Positions 39,046-49,536 of a DNA stretch of 64,000 bases are shown here, in pieces. Positions within the stretch are counted from its first letter, which is position 1. Every line of letters begins with the position of its first letter. The stretch lies in NCBI GenBank assembly GCA_963706595.1, contig OY970166.1, positions 1,664,001 through 1,728,000 on the forward strand, written 5' to 3'. The position numbers were made by a program, and so were the translations under genes. The stretch comes from an uncultured cyanobacterium (lineage in GTDB: Bacteria; Cyanobacteriota; Cyanobacteriia; Cyanobacteriales; Nostocaceae). The notes under the pieces were generated by a model that had not been told where the DNA came from, did no database searches, and worked only from the letters and a program-made list of their open reading frames with translations.

Positions 39046-40461
39046 ATGACAACCGCAAAAGAAGTCTTGAAATTGATTCAAGACCAAAAAATTCAGATGA
39101 TTGATCTGAAATTCATCGATACACCAGGAACTTGGCAACATCTGACGTTGTACCAAGACCAAATCGATGAAAGTTCCTTCTCTGATGGTGTTCCTTTCGA
39201 CGGTTCCAGCATTCGTGGTTGGAAAAACATCAACGAATCGGACATGATGATGGTACTCGATCCCAACACTGCTTGGATCGACCCCTTCATGAAAGAGCCA
39301 ACGTTAAGTATAATTTGTAGTATTAAAGAACCCCGCACAGGTGAATGGTACAACCGTTGTCCTCGTGTTATTGCCCAACGCGCAATAGATTACCTAGTTT
39401 CTAGTGGTCTCGGTGATACAGCGTTCTTTGGTCCTGAAGCAGAATTCTTTATCTTTGATGATGTTCGCTATGACCAAAATGCCCATGAAGGCTACTACCA
39501 TGTAGATTCTGTAGAAGGTGGTTGGAATTCTGGGAGAAAAGAAAGCCCCAACTTGGGTTACAAAACACGCTTCAAAGAAGGCTACTTCCCAGTATCGCCG
39601 GCGGATAGCTTCCAAGATATCCGTACCGAAATGCTGCTGACAATGAAAGATTGCGGCGTACCAATTGAGAAACAACACCACGAAGTTGCTACTGGTGGTC
39701 AGTGCGAACTGGGTTTCCGCTTTGGTAAATTGATTGAAGCTGCTGACTGGCTGATGACTTACAAATATGTCATCAAGAATGTTGCCAAAAAATACGGCAA
39801 AACTGTAACCTTTATGCCAAAACCAATTTTTGGCGATAACGGTTCAGGTATGCACTGTCACCAGTCCATCTGGAGAGATGGCAAACCTTTATTTGCTGGT
39901 GATAAGTATGCTGGAATGAGTGAAATGGGATTGTACTACATTGGTGGTATCCTCAAGCACGCACCAGCACTTTTAGCCATCACCAACCCCACCACTAACT
40001 CTTACAAACGCCTAGTACCTGGTTACGAAGCACCTGTGAATTTGGCTTACTCCCAAGGGAACCGTTCTGCTTCTGTGCGGATTCCTTTATCTGGCGATAA
40101 CCCCAAAGCCAAGCGCTTAGAGTTCCGTTGTCCTGATGCGACTGCTAACCCCTACCTAGCATTTGCAGCCATGCTGTGTGCTGGTATTGATGGTATTAAG
40201 AACAAAATCCATCCAGGTGAACCCCTAGATAAAAATATCTATGAACTCTCTCCAGAAGAACTGGCGAAGGTTCCTTCAACTCCGGGTTCTCTAGAATTGG
40301 CTTTGGAAGCACTAGAAAATGATCATGCTTTCTTAACAGAATCAGGCGTGTTCAGCGAAGACTTCATCCAAAACTGGATTGACTACAAGCTGGCTAACGA
40401 CGTGAAGCAGATGCAGATGCGTCCTCACCCTTATGAGTTTTACCTCTATTACGATTGCTAA
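39046..40461 (+). CDS. glnA: Glutamine synthetase type I
   Basis: [35 protein letters not shown]. Confidence 0.99.
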   Translation: MTTAKEVLKLIQDQKIQMIDLKFIDTPGTWQHLTLYQDQIDESSFSDGVPFDGSSIRGWKNINESDMMMVLDPNTAWIDPFMKEPTLSIICSIKEPRTGEWYNRCPRVIAQRAIDYLVSSGLGDTAFFGPEAEFFIFDDVRYDQNAHEGYYHVDSVEGGWNSGRKESPNLGYKTRFKEGYFPVSPADSFQDIRTEMLLTMKDCGVPIEKQHHEVATGGQCELGFRFGKLIEAADWLMTYKYVIKNVAKKYGKTVTFMPKPIFGDNGSGMHCHQSIWRDGKPLFAGDKYAGMSEMGLYYIGGILKHAPALLAITNPTTNSYKRLVPGYEAPVNLAYSQGNRSASVRIPLSGDNPKAKRLEFRCPDATANPYLAFAAMLCAGIDGIKNKIHPGEPLDKNIYELSPEELAKVPSTPGSLELALEALENDHAFLTESGVFSEDFIQNWIDYKLANDVKQMQMRPHPYEFYLYYDC

Positions 40462-40483
40462 TTGCGATTAGTAATGAAATTTT

Positions 40484-40509
40484 AGCCACCCTATGAGGGT
40501 GGCTTTTTT
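40484..40509 (+). terminator. glnA intrinsic terminator
   Basis: AGCCACCCT-ATG-AGGGTGGCT then a T run. Confidence 0.85.
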
Positions 40510-40662
40510 CTGACTTATCACGATTAAAAACTCGGTTTATTGCCATTTTAAAGCCAGGAACCTAGACTTTTAGTCTATTTTGGAAATCAATGAAAAGCCT
40601 ATAAAATCAGCTTTTTGACTTTTGACTTTTGACTTTTGACTTCCGCGTAGCGGTAAGCGGTA

Positions 40663-40863
40663 CTAGCTCATTGAAGCGTGGCTACTTTCATAAATCGTCC
40701 GAGTGGTTGGATCAATTTTCCCTTGAAGAGGACTCCAGTATTCAGCTAATTCTTCAGGAAGACCGAGTTCCTGTGCTGCACGCATCAGCATTGATTGTTG
40801 ACGATTCTTCACTTGCTGATATTGGCGCATTGCTAACGCACGACTTCTATCTTGAATAGACAT
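40663..40863 (-). CDS. gifA: Glutamine synthetase inactivating factor IF7
   Basis: RALAMRQYQQVKNRQQSMLMRAAQELG; convergent with glnA. Confidence 0.9.
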   Translation of the reverse strand: MSIQDRSRALAMRQYQQVKNRQQSMLMRAAQELGLPEELAEYWSPLQGKIDPTTRTIYESSHASMS

Positions 40864-40924
40864 GACCACAGTCCTCCTTATGGTTTTAGTTATAAATGAT
40901 GAGGTATTTATTCCATTGATTTAT

Positions 40925-40955
40925 ATCATAGCGAGATTTCTGTAGCTAAAGTTAC
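40925..40955 (-). promoter_or_regulatory. gifA promoter with repressing NtcA site
   Basis: GTA-GCTAAAGT-TAC at 40942-40955, only 11 bp from a minus-strand -10 TATGAT (40925-40930). Confidence 0.8.
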
Positions 40956-41088
40956 AAAATTGCGTTTTTGTAACAAAAGTTTATATTTGAGTGGCTAGTG
41001 ATTGCTATTTTCTACTCAAAAGTCTTGCCAAAACTTTTTACAGGCGGATTTATTGAACCTCGCATGACTAGAAGCTTGAACCTCGTAG

Positions 41089-41191
41089 TGGCGTGACAAG
41101 CTTAAAATAGTGCATTAGGAAAAATCAGAAAACATTGATTTATCAAAATTTTCTCAAAAATCTATTGCAACATTTTAGCCTTGCCACGCCA
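41089..41191. mobile_element. MITE family B copy (inverted relative to 17361-17464)
   Basis: Reverse complement of the first copy; GTAG duplicated on both flanks. Confidence 0.8.
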
Positions 41192-41444
41192 GTAGGGTGC
41201 GTTATGGACGCTAGTCCTAACGCACCGAGAATTGAAGATGGTGCGTTGCGCTACGCAACAACACACCCTACTAACAGTCTTCGTTTGTGCCTAATCCCCT
41301 GCTCCCCTGCTTCTTTTTCAAAGGCGGGGTGTGGTAAAAAAGCAGATTGGGATGTTAATTAATTCAGATTCTGAAGATAGATGATTTTTTCGTTACATTT
41401 TTTTACATATAATTAGTAAAAGTGATAAATACTTCAATATTTTT

Positions 41445-42503
41445 ATGTCTGACACTTTAAGCAAGCTGACTTATCAGACCTTTCAACAAGGCAAAAGTTA
41501 CTTTGGTTTGGCTCATAAAACTTTAAGTTCACGGCTGATGAATCTGATTCATCCCACTCTAGGACAAAAGGGCAAACCCATTCCTAGCGAGGTTTTGTTC
41601 AAATTTCAACAAAAAATGAATCAGCTGCTAGAAACAGACTGGGAGGATGCGGAAAAAGGGGTATATCCCGAAAGCCTACTGTTTGATAACCCTTGGTCAG
41701 ATTTTTTCCGCTATTATCCCCTGCTATGCTTAGACGCACCTCAAATCTGGGAACGGGCTGAACAAAAGAAATATCAAGAATTTTCGCCGGAAATAGAGAC
41801 AGATGGTTATCCCAGTTATTATGTGCAGAATTTCCATCACCAAAGTAACGGCTATTTAAGCGACGATTCAGCTAATTTATATGATTTACAGGTAGAAATT
41901 CTCTTTAATGGAACTGCCGATCCGATGCGGCGGCGGATTCTTGCGCCTCTGAAGGAAGGGCTGAAGGCTTTTGATGCTGTTGCGCCACGACAAGTGCGTG
42001 TTTTAGATATTGCTTGTGGGACAGGGCGAACACTGAAGATGATTCGGGCAGCTTTACCTCAAGCATCTCTGTATGGTATGGATTTATCACCAACTTATTT
42101 GCGTAAGGCAAATCAACAACTATCCGAAATTCCCGGAGAATTACCGCAACTGTTGCAAGCCAATGCGGAAGAGTTACCTTATTTAAATGACTATTTCCAT
42201 GCTGTAACTTCTGTGTTTCTCTTCCATGAGTTACCAGCACAAGTCCGGCAAACAGTGATTGAACAATGTTTCCGAGTCACAAAACCAGGGGGCGTATTTG
42301 TCATTTGTGATTCTATTCAACAGAATGATTTACCTGAATTTGCTGTGATCATGGATTCTTTTCCCGAAGTTTATCATGAACCCTACTATCGGGATTACAC
42401 TCATGATGACTTAGTAGAACGTTTAGAAAAAGCTGGTTTTGACAAGATTGAGATCCAAGTTCACTTTGCAAGTAAGTATTTTATTGCTCATAAGCCAGCT
42501 TAA
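41445..42503 (+). CDS. Class I SAM-dependent methyltransferase
   Basis: YYVQNFHHQSNGYLS, VLDIACGTG, FLFHELP. Confidence 0.9.
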   Translation: MSDTLSKLTYQTFQQGKSYFGLAHKTLSSRLMNLIHPTLGQKGKPIPSEVLFKFQQKMNQLLETDWEDAEKGVYPESLLFDNPWSDFFRYYPLLCLDAPQIWERAEQKKYQEFSPEIETDGYPSYYVQNFHHQSNGYLSDDSANLYDLQVEILFNGTADPMRRRILAPLKEGLKAFDAVAPRQVRVLDIACGTGRTLKMIRAALPQASLYGMDLSPTYLRKANQQLSEIPGELPQLLQANAEELPYLNDYFHAVTSVFLFHELPAQVRQTVIEQCFRVTKPGGVFVICDSIQQNDLPEFAVIMDSFPEVYHEPYYRDYTHDDLVERLEKAGFDKIEIQVHFASKYFIAHKPA

Positions 42504-42661
42504 CTTGGATTACACATTGAGTATTTTCGCTCACCCTACAAGAAAAAATAAATTCAGTAAAATGTCAGGTTTTGTTGGCATTTGTGGTTACACTGAACAT
42601 CTAGTATCATGCAAGCTGTTTAACCTATTAGTAGGGTGGCTTACACGCGGAGGATGGAAGA

Positions 42662-42940
42662 ATGAAGGTTTGGCTGGCTTGTTTTTTAGTGTTGTTCGCT
42701 TTGGCAGAACTTTTTGACTGGTTAAAAGCATTTAATCTGCCTTTGCCTATTTATATTTTGGGTGGGGCATTTTTAGCCGTTGCTTCTAACTATGACAAGA
42801 TTATTGGCTCTTACTTCAGTGATGCAATTATTGAAACGTCACCCGAACAACCCCAGTTAAATTCGCCTAGCCAATCGCTTGATGCTATTTCTTTCGTTCA
42901 TCCTGTTGAACAGGTACAACCATCGGAAACCCAATTTTAA
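42662..42940 (+). CDS. Hypothetical 2-TM protein
   Basis: Hydrophobic N-terminus, LPIYILGGAFLAVASN; GGAGG RBS. Confidence 0.75.
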   Translation: MKVWLACFLVLFALAELFDWLKAFNLPLPIYILGGAFLAVASNYDKIIGSYFSDAIIETSPEQPQLNSPSQSLDAISFVHPVEQVQPSETQF

Positions 42941-42972
42941 ATATTCCTGTGTTAAGCTTTGGCGGTGCGTTA

Positions 42973-43155
42973 GAGGTTGTTTGAAAAGTCTAATTTATTA
43001 CAGCCCTGGCGACTAGAAGTCGCGGCTATACAAACTAAACCCGCCTGCGCGGGTTGAAAATCCCATTTTTTCATTAGACTTTGCCTGTGTAGTAGCGTAT
43101 CGCTAACGCGAAGCGTAGCCATATTATATTCGCCCAAAACTTTTCAAACATCCTC
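42973..43155. mobile_element. 183-bp MITE with TTA target duplication inside a REP palindrome
   Basis: TIR GAGGTTGTTTGAAAAGT/ACTTTTCAAACATCCTC; TTA on both flanks. Confidence 0.8.
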
Positions 43156-43293
43156 TTAGGCTTAACGCCGTGACGCACCCTACTGCTACTACTAATGGTT
43201 AGTTTCTACACTGGAATGATGTATCCAATGATAGATATAAAAAATAAATATTTAGTGATACTCTATCCTAGAGTTGATCATTAAAGGATAAAT

Positions 43294-43476
43294 ATGAGTA
43301 TTGAAAAAAGAGTAGAAGCCACTGCCAAAAATATTGAAGGCAAGATACAAGAGGCAGTTGGTGAAGTAACGGGCAACCCAGAAGATAAAACCGAAGGACA
43401 AGCTAAACAGGCTGAATCCCAAGTTATTCACACCATAGAAAATATCAAAGATGAAGTAAAAAAAATTATAGACTAG
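43294..43476 (+). CDS. CsbD-family stress protein
   Basis: GKIQEAVGEVTGN...EGQAKQAE. Confidence 0.9.
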   Translation: MSIEKRVEATAKNIEGKIQEAVGEVTGNPEDKTEGQAKQAESQVIHTIENIKDEVKKIID

Positions 43477-43619
43477 CTTAATTCTCTAGTCCATAAGTTT
43501 GGTTGAATTTATAAAGTTATCTAATATTTATTGCTGACTCCACCTTTTTTGTTAAACGTGGAGTATTTAACGTTTGCTCCTAATAACTTGGCTTTCACCA
43601 TAACTATCCTTTAATCCTA

Positions 43620-43892
43620 CTAATGACTAGTACGATCAGTTAGCAAACCCCATAAAAAGATGGCAATTATTGCACCAATGATCGCGACAATGAGACCAGG
43701 AATGCTGAGAGTTGCCGCAGTCAGTTGTAATCTGCCTGTTTCTAAGATACTAACAATAGTTCCCCCGATTAAAGCACCGATAATACCCAAAAGCATGGTT
43801 GCAATGATTCCGCCGCCCTGACGACCAGGGTAAATAGCTTTAGCAATAGCTCCGGCAATTAAACCCAGAATTATCCAAGCAATAATGTTCAT
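43620..43892 (-). CDS. GlsB/YeaQ/YmgE-family membrane protein
   Basis: WIILGLIAGAIAK, LGIIGALIGG, VAIIGAII. Confidence 0.9.
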   Translation of the reverse strand: MNIIAWIILGLIAGAIAKAIYPGRQGGGIIATMLLGIIGALIGGTIVSILETGRLQLTAATLSIPGLIVAIIGAIIAIFLWGLLTDRTSH

Positions 43893-44605
43893 AGTTAAAA
43901 TTGTTAACAGGGTTTATAAATAATTTATTAATTAGTATCTACTTTTCCTTCTACCAGAAGAGATAGCTATTAAGTTTTAACTGGAGACATGAAAAAAATC
44001 TAAGTATATGTAGTGGCGTGTTATGGCTTTAGCCTAACGCACCGTCTTCTGTGGTCTTGGTGCCGTACTCTCCTGGATAACACACCCTACGTGTGTTTGA
44101 TAAATCAAATATGAGTCCTATAGTTAGATTTATTTTTACTGCTTTAGTGAAAGTTTATATGGCGCTCCTATTCTATTTATAGTTATTTGTAGAAATTGCC
44201 AGAGTTCAAAACTTCAGTTTCTGGAAAAAATCGGAGTTATGCTCAAAAAAAATTAGCTTTTCAGTGTTGTCAGGAAAATTTAAGCTGAATTTTTACAATT
44301 TTGCTCAAGGTAAATTGACCCGATTATGGTTTTTTTGTAAAGCTGTGCCAAACTCTCTTTAACCGCTATTATTCATTGAGATAGCCCTTTAAGTCGCTTT
44401 TGATTAATTTTTAGCATTAGGTAATATATATTTTTTGAAAATGAAATCCTGGATACTTTTTTATTCATAAGTGAGGATTTATCATTTACCACTAGCCATT
44501 AAATAATTAATATTTTATTTTGCTAGATTTTTCCAAATCATGCTTGTTAGTATATAATACTAACAAAATCATGACATTTTTTTAAACAATCCGGGCATAC
44601 GTATT

Positions 44606-44932
44606 ATGAATCAACAAGTCAAAGTCGTGAAACTCAGTGGAATTGTCAAGACTACAAATTCACAAGAACTCCGAGAACATATTACTCACCTTTTAGAAAG
44701 TGGTGAAAAAATAATCTTAGTTGATTGTGAAGATGTGTCGTTTATGGATAGTTCTGCCTTGGGGGCTTTGGTATTAGCTTTCAAAACTTTACGGACGGCA
44801 GATATAAGGCTAGTTCTCTGTTCTATTAATGAACAGGTCAGGATATTATTTGAATTAACGGGTATGGATAAAGTTTTTGAGATATTTTTAAATCAAGATG
44901 AGTTTCATCAAGTTTTACTTTCTAAAAAATGA
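44606..44932 (+). CDS. STAS-domain anti-sigma factor antagonist
   Basis: VSFMDSSALGALV, LFELTGMD. Confidence 0.92.
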   Translation: MNQQVKVVKLSGIVKTTNSQELREHITHLLESGEKIILVDCEDVSFMDSSALGALVLAFKTLRTADIRLVLCSINEQVRILFELTGMDKVFEIFLNQDEFHQVLLSKK

Positions 44933-46069
44933 TTAATCAAAATTAATTTGTAGGATTGATAAATCATCATCGAAAGCCTCTTTGGAGTTCAAAGCAATGA
45001 GATAATTCAATACCTGATCGAGTTGGCGGTCAATAGTGTGTTGTAAGCTAACAAGTATTTGAATGAAAGCATCTAAACTCCAAAGTGTGCCATCTAATTT
45101 CGTGATTTCATAAGCACCATCACTGAAAATATAGAGGCTACTAGATTTATCAATATTGCAATAGGCATCAACATATTTAGATTCTGGAAACATCCCCACT
45201 GGCATTCCCGGAGTTCTTAGTAGTTGAATTTCAGTATTTTTGGAAGTTGTACCTGATAGTAATATTGCTGGTGGATGACCAGCACTTGCATAAATTAATT
45301 GCCGACTAACTCGGTTATAAACTCCATACCAAATAGTAAAATATTTATCATTTTGGTAATTCATCTGGAAGGTTTGGTTTAAGGCTTTTAGGACATCACT
45401 CGGTTGATAATAATTCAACCCTTTTAAGGCCCGGGAACGTAATAGATTTAGCACGGAAATTGAGGGGAGGGCAGCTTTGAGTCCATGTCCGGCTGTATCT
45501 AGCAGGTAGATGGCGAGATAGTCGGAGTCTAGCCAGTAGTAATCGAAACAATCGCCGCCGAGTTGTCGGGAAGGAATGAATCGAGAATTGATGCTGAAGG
45601 GTTCGGTGGCGGGTAAAGGGAGAAGCGATCGCATATATTCTGCTGCTTCTGCTAATTCGGTTTCTAATAGTAGCTTTTGGGTATGTAAATCCTGACTTAA
45701 CTGATGCAGGCGCAATCCGGCTCTGACTCTGGCTTTTAATTCATTTTGTTCTATGGGTTTGGAGATAAAATCATCAGCGCCAGCATCTAGTCCTTTGACA
45801 CGATCAGCGATTGAATCCAAAGAGGTGAGAAAAATAAAGAATGTGGTGGATAAATTAGGGTCTGTTTTCATGCGCTTACAGACTTCTAGTCCATTCAATC
45901 CTGGCATAATCCAATCACAAATAACTAGTGCTGGCTGGTAGGCGATCGCCAGAGCAATTCCTTCCTCTCCATTACTAGCAGCAACTACTTCATAGCCCTG
46001 TTTTGCTAACATCCTCTTCAGGAGTGTTTGGATAGAAATATCATCATCAATTATCAGGATTTGAAACAT
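44933..46069 (-). CDS. Response regulator receiver-PP2C (SpoIIE/RsbU) phosphatase
   Basis: IIDDD, DWIMP, SKP; GGDCFD, DTAGHG, SAGHPP, SDG, DDLS. Confidence 0.93.
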   Translation of the reverse strand: MFQILIIDDDISIQTLLKRMLAKQGYEVVAASNGEEGIALAIAYQPALVICDWIMPGLNGLEVCKRMKTDPNLSTTFFIFLTSLDSIADRVKGLDAGADDFISKPIEQNELKARVRAGLRLHQLSQDLHTQKLLLETELAEAAEYMRSLLPLPATEPFSINSRFIPSRQLGGDCFDYYWLDSDYLAIYLLDTAGHGLKAALPSISVLNLLRSRALKGLNYYQPSDVLKALNQTFQMNYQNDKYFTIWYGVYNRVSRQLIYASAGHPPAILLSGTTSKNTEIQLLRTPGMPVGMFPESKYVDAYCNIDKSSSLYIFSDGAYEITKLDGTLWSLDAFIQILVSLQHTIDRQLDQVLNYLIALNSKEAFDDDLSILQINFD

Positions 46070-46194
46070 ATAGAATGCTAAATTAAAAATTAATTAAAAA
46101 TAAAATTATGCTAGATTTTACGGCTAATTATAGATACTGCTCACCCAGAATAAACCGCTAATCAACATTTCTGCTTGTTCATGATCAGCAAATA

Positions 46195-46962
46195 TTATGG
46201 AGGTGACAACGGATTTATCCATAAAAGAATGGCGCGTTTTAGTTGGTTTAAATCGCGGTAAACTTCTTGTCTAAACCATTGTCCTAAAGCGTCTAAGGGA
46301 GTGAATGATGCTCCTGGTTGCCATTTGATATCTTGACCTAAAGGTGTAGTGTGAGTACCGGGTAAGGTTTGTGTGGTGACCATTTCTGAAAAGCGGGCTT
46401 GTAAGATTTTGGTTAAAGGTGTTGATTGATCAATGGTATCGTTACTAAATTTTATTAATAAATTGCGGCGGATATTATAACTTTCCTGGATCATTCGGTT
46501 GGTTTCCAGGGGCGAGGGAGTAAACTCAACCCGGAACGTAGAATTTAGCTGTTCGACTAAAGGTATAGCCTCCTTGGCGGCGTAGTTGTTGAAGGAAATT
46601 AAAATATTCCCGGCACGTTCTACAGGTAGCAGACTGCCGATGAGTAAGTGCAGTTTACAACCCATACTATGCCCTAGTCCATAAGTAGGGAGATAGAGTT
46701 GGCGTAATGACCCAGAGTCGTGTAATCTTTCGATGGTGCGTTCAAAGTTCAGCAGTGCAGTTTTGGCGATCGCAATATGATCCAATGTATTCACAAATGG
46801 TGTAGCAATAATCACATACCCTTTATTGGCCAGTTGTTCCAGTAACCAGCGATAAGTGAGATGGGGCGCAGTAGCCACAAATGCACCACCGAGAAAATGA
46901 ATCATCCCGATGGGTTTTGGGGGAATCAGTACCCAGTTACCTCTAATTTCTTTCCAGTCCAT
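46195..46962 (-). CDS. DUF1350-family alpha/beta hydrolase-like protein
   Basis: HFLGGAF, GHSMGCKLH, GTHTTP. Confidence 0.85.
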   Translation of the reverse strand: MDWKEIRGNWVLIPPKPIGMIHFLGGAFVATAPHLTYRWLLEQLANKGYVIIATPFVNTLDHIAIAKTALLNFERTIERLHDSGSLRQLYLPTYGLGHSMGCKLHLLIGSLLPVERAGNILISFNNYAAKEAIPLVEQLNSTFRVEFTPSPLETNRMIQESYNIRRNLLIKFSNDTIDQSTPLTKILQARFSEMVTTQTLPGTHTTPLGQDIKWQPGASFTPLDALGQWFRQEVYRDLNQLKRAILLWINPLSPP

Positions 46963-47066
46963 ATTGATAGGCGATCGCTAAATTCACACCTCTTTATGTT
47001 AGACTCTCCGTTGCAGTCGTGGGAAGCTTCACAGAAAAAGCCATGAGTTGCAAGGATGAATCAGTT

Positions 47067-47804
47067 TTAGCTTTGGGTTTGCAGCCTTTTCATTTCCAGT
47101 TGCACATCTAAGGCAATTTGCAAAGCTTCATTGAGTAACCTACCATGCTCGGTAGCTTCCTCTGTAACTTGCATTGCTGTTAAAGTGGCTAAATTATTCG
47201 CAAATAACTCTGTATTCCTGAGAATAAAATTCTTGTTTTCTCTTAAAATTCTTTCTGTCTTCAAAGCCCGAATTAAATCAGTTCTGGTGAGTTCCAAAGC
47301 AGCAATGACTTTTTCTCTTTCTTGAATAACTACTCCTGGATTACCAGCAGCTTCTATTTGGTCATTGATATCTATAGCTTTAATCACAGAATTATACCTA
47401 TCAACATCATTTAAAAGTATCTCTAAAGAATTTGTCATATTCTGATTAAGTATTTTCATTTTTTTCCACCATAATAAATACAAAACAATTTGTGCGACAC
47501 CACCACCCCACAAACTTAAAATTATTAACAACAACCAAGATGGAATTGTAATCCAGGTAGCAAACAGCCTAATAATGATGTCAAAAAGCAAATAACTAAA
47601 GACAAAAATAGAACAACTAATAAAAACTACAGTCGCCCCCTCAGAACCCTTGAGCTTATCTATAATCCTTTGAGCCATCTTTTTTAAAGGACTGCTAATA
47701 ATAATTAATTCATCTTTAACAGGTAAATTAGTCAACTTTCGCAATTCTTTATGACTAATATCTAAGCCATGTAAATCATTACGCACAGCTTTCCCCATCC
47801 TCAC
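47067..47804 (-). CDS. Hypothetical 2-TM coiled-coil protein
   Basis: Two hydrophobic segments followed by LIRALKTERILREN. Confidence 0.75.
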   Translation of the reverse strand: MRMGKAVRNDLHGLDISHKELRKLTNLPVKDELIIISSPLKKMAQRIIDKLKGSEGATVVFISCSIFVFSYLLFDIIIRLFATWITIPSWLLLIILSLWGGGVAQIVLYLLWWKKMKILNQNMTNSLEILLNDVDRYNSVIKAIDINDQIEAAGNPGVVIQEREKVIAALELTRTDLIRALKTERILRENKNFILRNTELFANNLATLTAMQVTEEATEHGRLLNEALQIALDVQLEMKRLQTQS

Positions 47805-48095
47805 CAGAATACTTATTTAGTACAATATAGCAATCAAATTTATTCATGGCTCGTTAAATTGTAATTTTCGCCATTTTTTTTTAATAGAACTAATTGCTCC
47901 TGAAAACATTGGGTACAATATGATACTTTTATAAATTGATCATTAGTTATATTCTCAGATTGGATATGGTTCGTAAATGATTACATATAGCATTTTTATT
48001 TTTTAGCACAGCGAGGAATACTTTCTAAATGCTACACCCAGATTTATTTGTGGGTCTAACCAAAATCTCAAATCTAAAATTGCTTGACATTTTAG

Positions 48096-48869
48096 TTAAG
48101 GTATAGGCTTGTCGAACATCAACACAGAGAGAAAAAAGTCCGTCATAAAAATTAATACCCAAGTAGTGACAACTGCCGTTGTTGCTGATTCTCCAACTTC
48201 TTTTGCACCCCCTTTAGTAGTGAGTCCCCAACTACAGCCATTGATACTAACTATAGCTCCAAAAATCAGACCTTTTACTAAAACCATAAGTAAGTCTGAT
48301 GGTTCCAAAAAAGTTCTCACAGACTCCAAAAAAGCCTCAGAATCAATATTGTAAAATTGGGCTGCGGCAAAAACTCCGCCAGCGATACCCGTAACTAAAG
48401 CAAAAACCATCATAATTGGCATCATTAAAATGCAAGCAATTACTCTAGGAAGCACTAAGTAATCAATGGGATTTGTTCTGAGCATATAAAGTGCATCAAT
48501 TTGCTCTGTAACTCGCATAGCACCTATTTCTGCTGCAAAAGCCGAACCTACTTGACCCGCAATAATACTAGCTGTCAAAATTGGCGCTAATTCTCGGCAA
48601 AAAGCCAAAGCAAAAGCCCCCCCGACCGCATCTAGCGCCCCAAATCTGGCTAATTCTCTAGCAGTTTGAATAGTAAAAATCATCCCCGCAAACCCACTGA
48701 CCAGGATAACCGGAAACACCGAAGATGGTCCGGCTGTTACCATGTGTTGCAAAATTTTTCGGTAGTAAGTTTTTCCTTGGAGTAAATGCAGCAGTACTTG
48801 ACCAAAGAGTAGCAAGGCGGCAAAACAGCGTACAATCCATAATTGGTCTAATTTTTTTTTCGTTTGCAT
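48096..48869 (-). CDS. mlaE: MlaE-family lipid ABC transporter permease
   Basis: RELAP, AEIGAMRVTEQIDAL, LVLPR, GGAKEVGESATTAVV. Start moved to ATG 48869 because the upstream extension is MITE sequence. Confidence 0.9.
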   Translation of the reverse strand: MQTKKKLDQLWIVRCFAALLLFGQVLLHLLQGKTYYRKILQHMVTAGPSSVFPVILVSGFAGMIFTIQTARELARFGALDAVGGAFALAFCRELAPILTASIIAGQVGSAFAAEIGAMRVTEQIDALYMLRTNPIDYLVLPRVIACILMMPIMMVFALVTGIAGGVFAAAQFYNIDSEAFLESVRTFLEPSDLLMVLVKGLIFGAIVSINGCSWGLTTKGGAKEVGESATTAVVTTWVLIFMTDFFLSVLMFDKPIP

Positions 48870-48901
48870 TACCGCCCTTAAAACTGATTTTTTTGTCCCT
48901 A

Positions 48902-49006
48902 TATAGCGTTTCTCAGTTGAGTAGGTACTTGAACCCCACCCCCAACCCCCTCCCCGCAAGCGAGGAGGGGACTATGATATACCTCATGTGATTAGGAACG
49001 GCTATA
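48902..49006. mobile_element. MITE family A copy upstream of mlaE
   Basis: TATAGC...GCTATA ends with the same core hairpin. Confidence 0.75.
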
Positions 49007-49536
49007 TCAGGATGTGAGACAAATTGGAACGCATTTAGTGATTGTTTGCAGAGTCCAATAAGTATAAACTGAGTCTCGTCATTAGCTTACCGGAAATTGT
49101 GTCTAGTATCAAAATATTTTGCCCCTATATCAGTCAGTATTTTGTATACTTGATAACATAAAAAACCTGACCAGATTAAATTAGTATATAGCAAATATAA
49201 ATTATTCATGAAAACCAATATCCTGGTTGATTCAATAAACATGGTTTGGGAAATTTTGTCGCCTTTATTAATTAAGAGGAGGGCAGGGTGCAGGGGAGAA
49301 GAGGAAAAGTTGTTAAGTAAGGAAGTTTAAAGTAATTTCTAACTTCCCCTTGCTCCCTGCTCCCCTACCTCTTTTGGTCAACTATCTAGAGGAAGAGAAG
49401 AAAAATAACAGTTTGACCTTAAGCTAGTTGTGTAATTGAGTCGAATCTGAGATTATTTACGGTATCTTTAGGGAAAATCTTTTTTTTCATCCTATTTTGA
49501 TTCCATACTGGATGAGTTTTTTTGGAGGATATTTTC

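Noticed and set aside
40864..41000. Glutamine riboswitch upstream of gifA
   Set aside because: The leader is short with no recognisable structure; the NtcA site explains regulation.
41135..41362. 75-aa ORF
   Set aside because: Composed of MITE and REP sequence.
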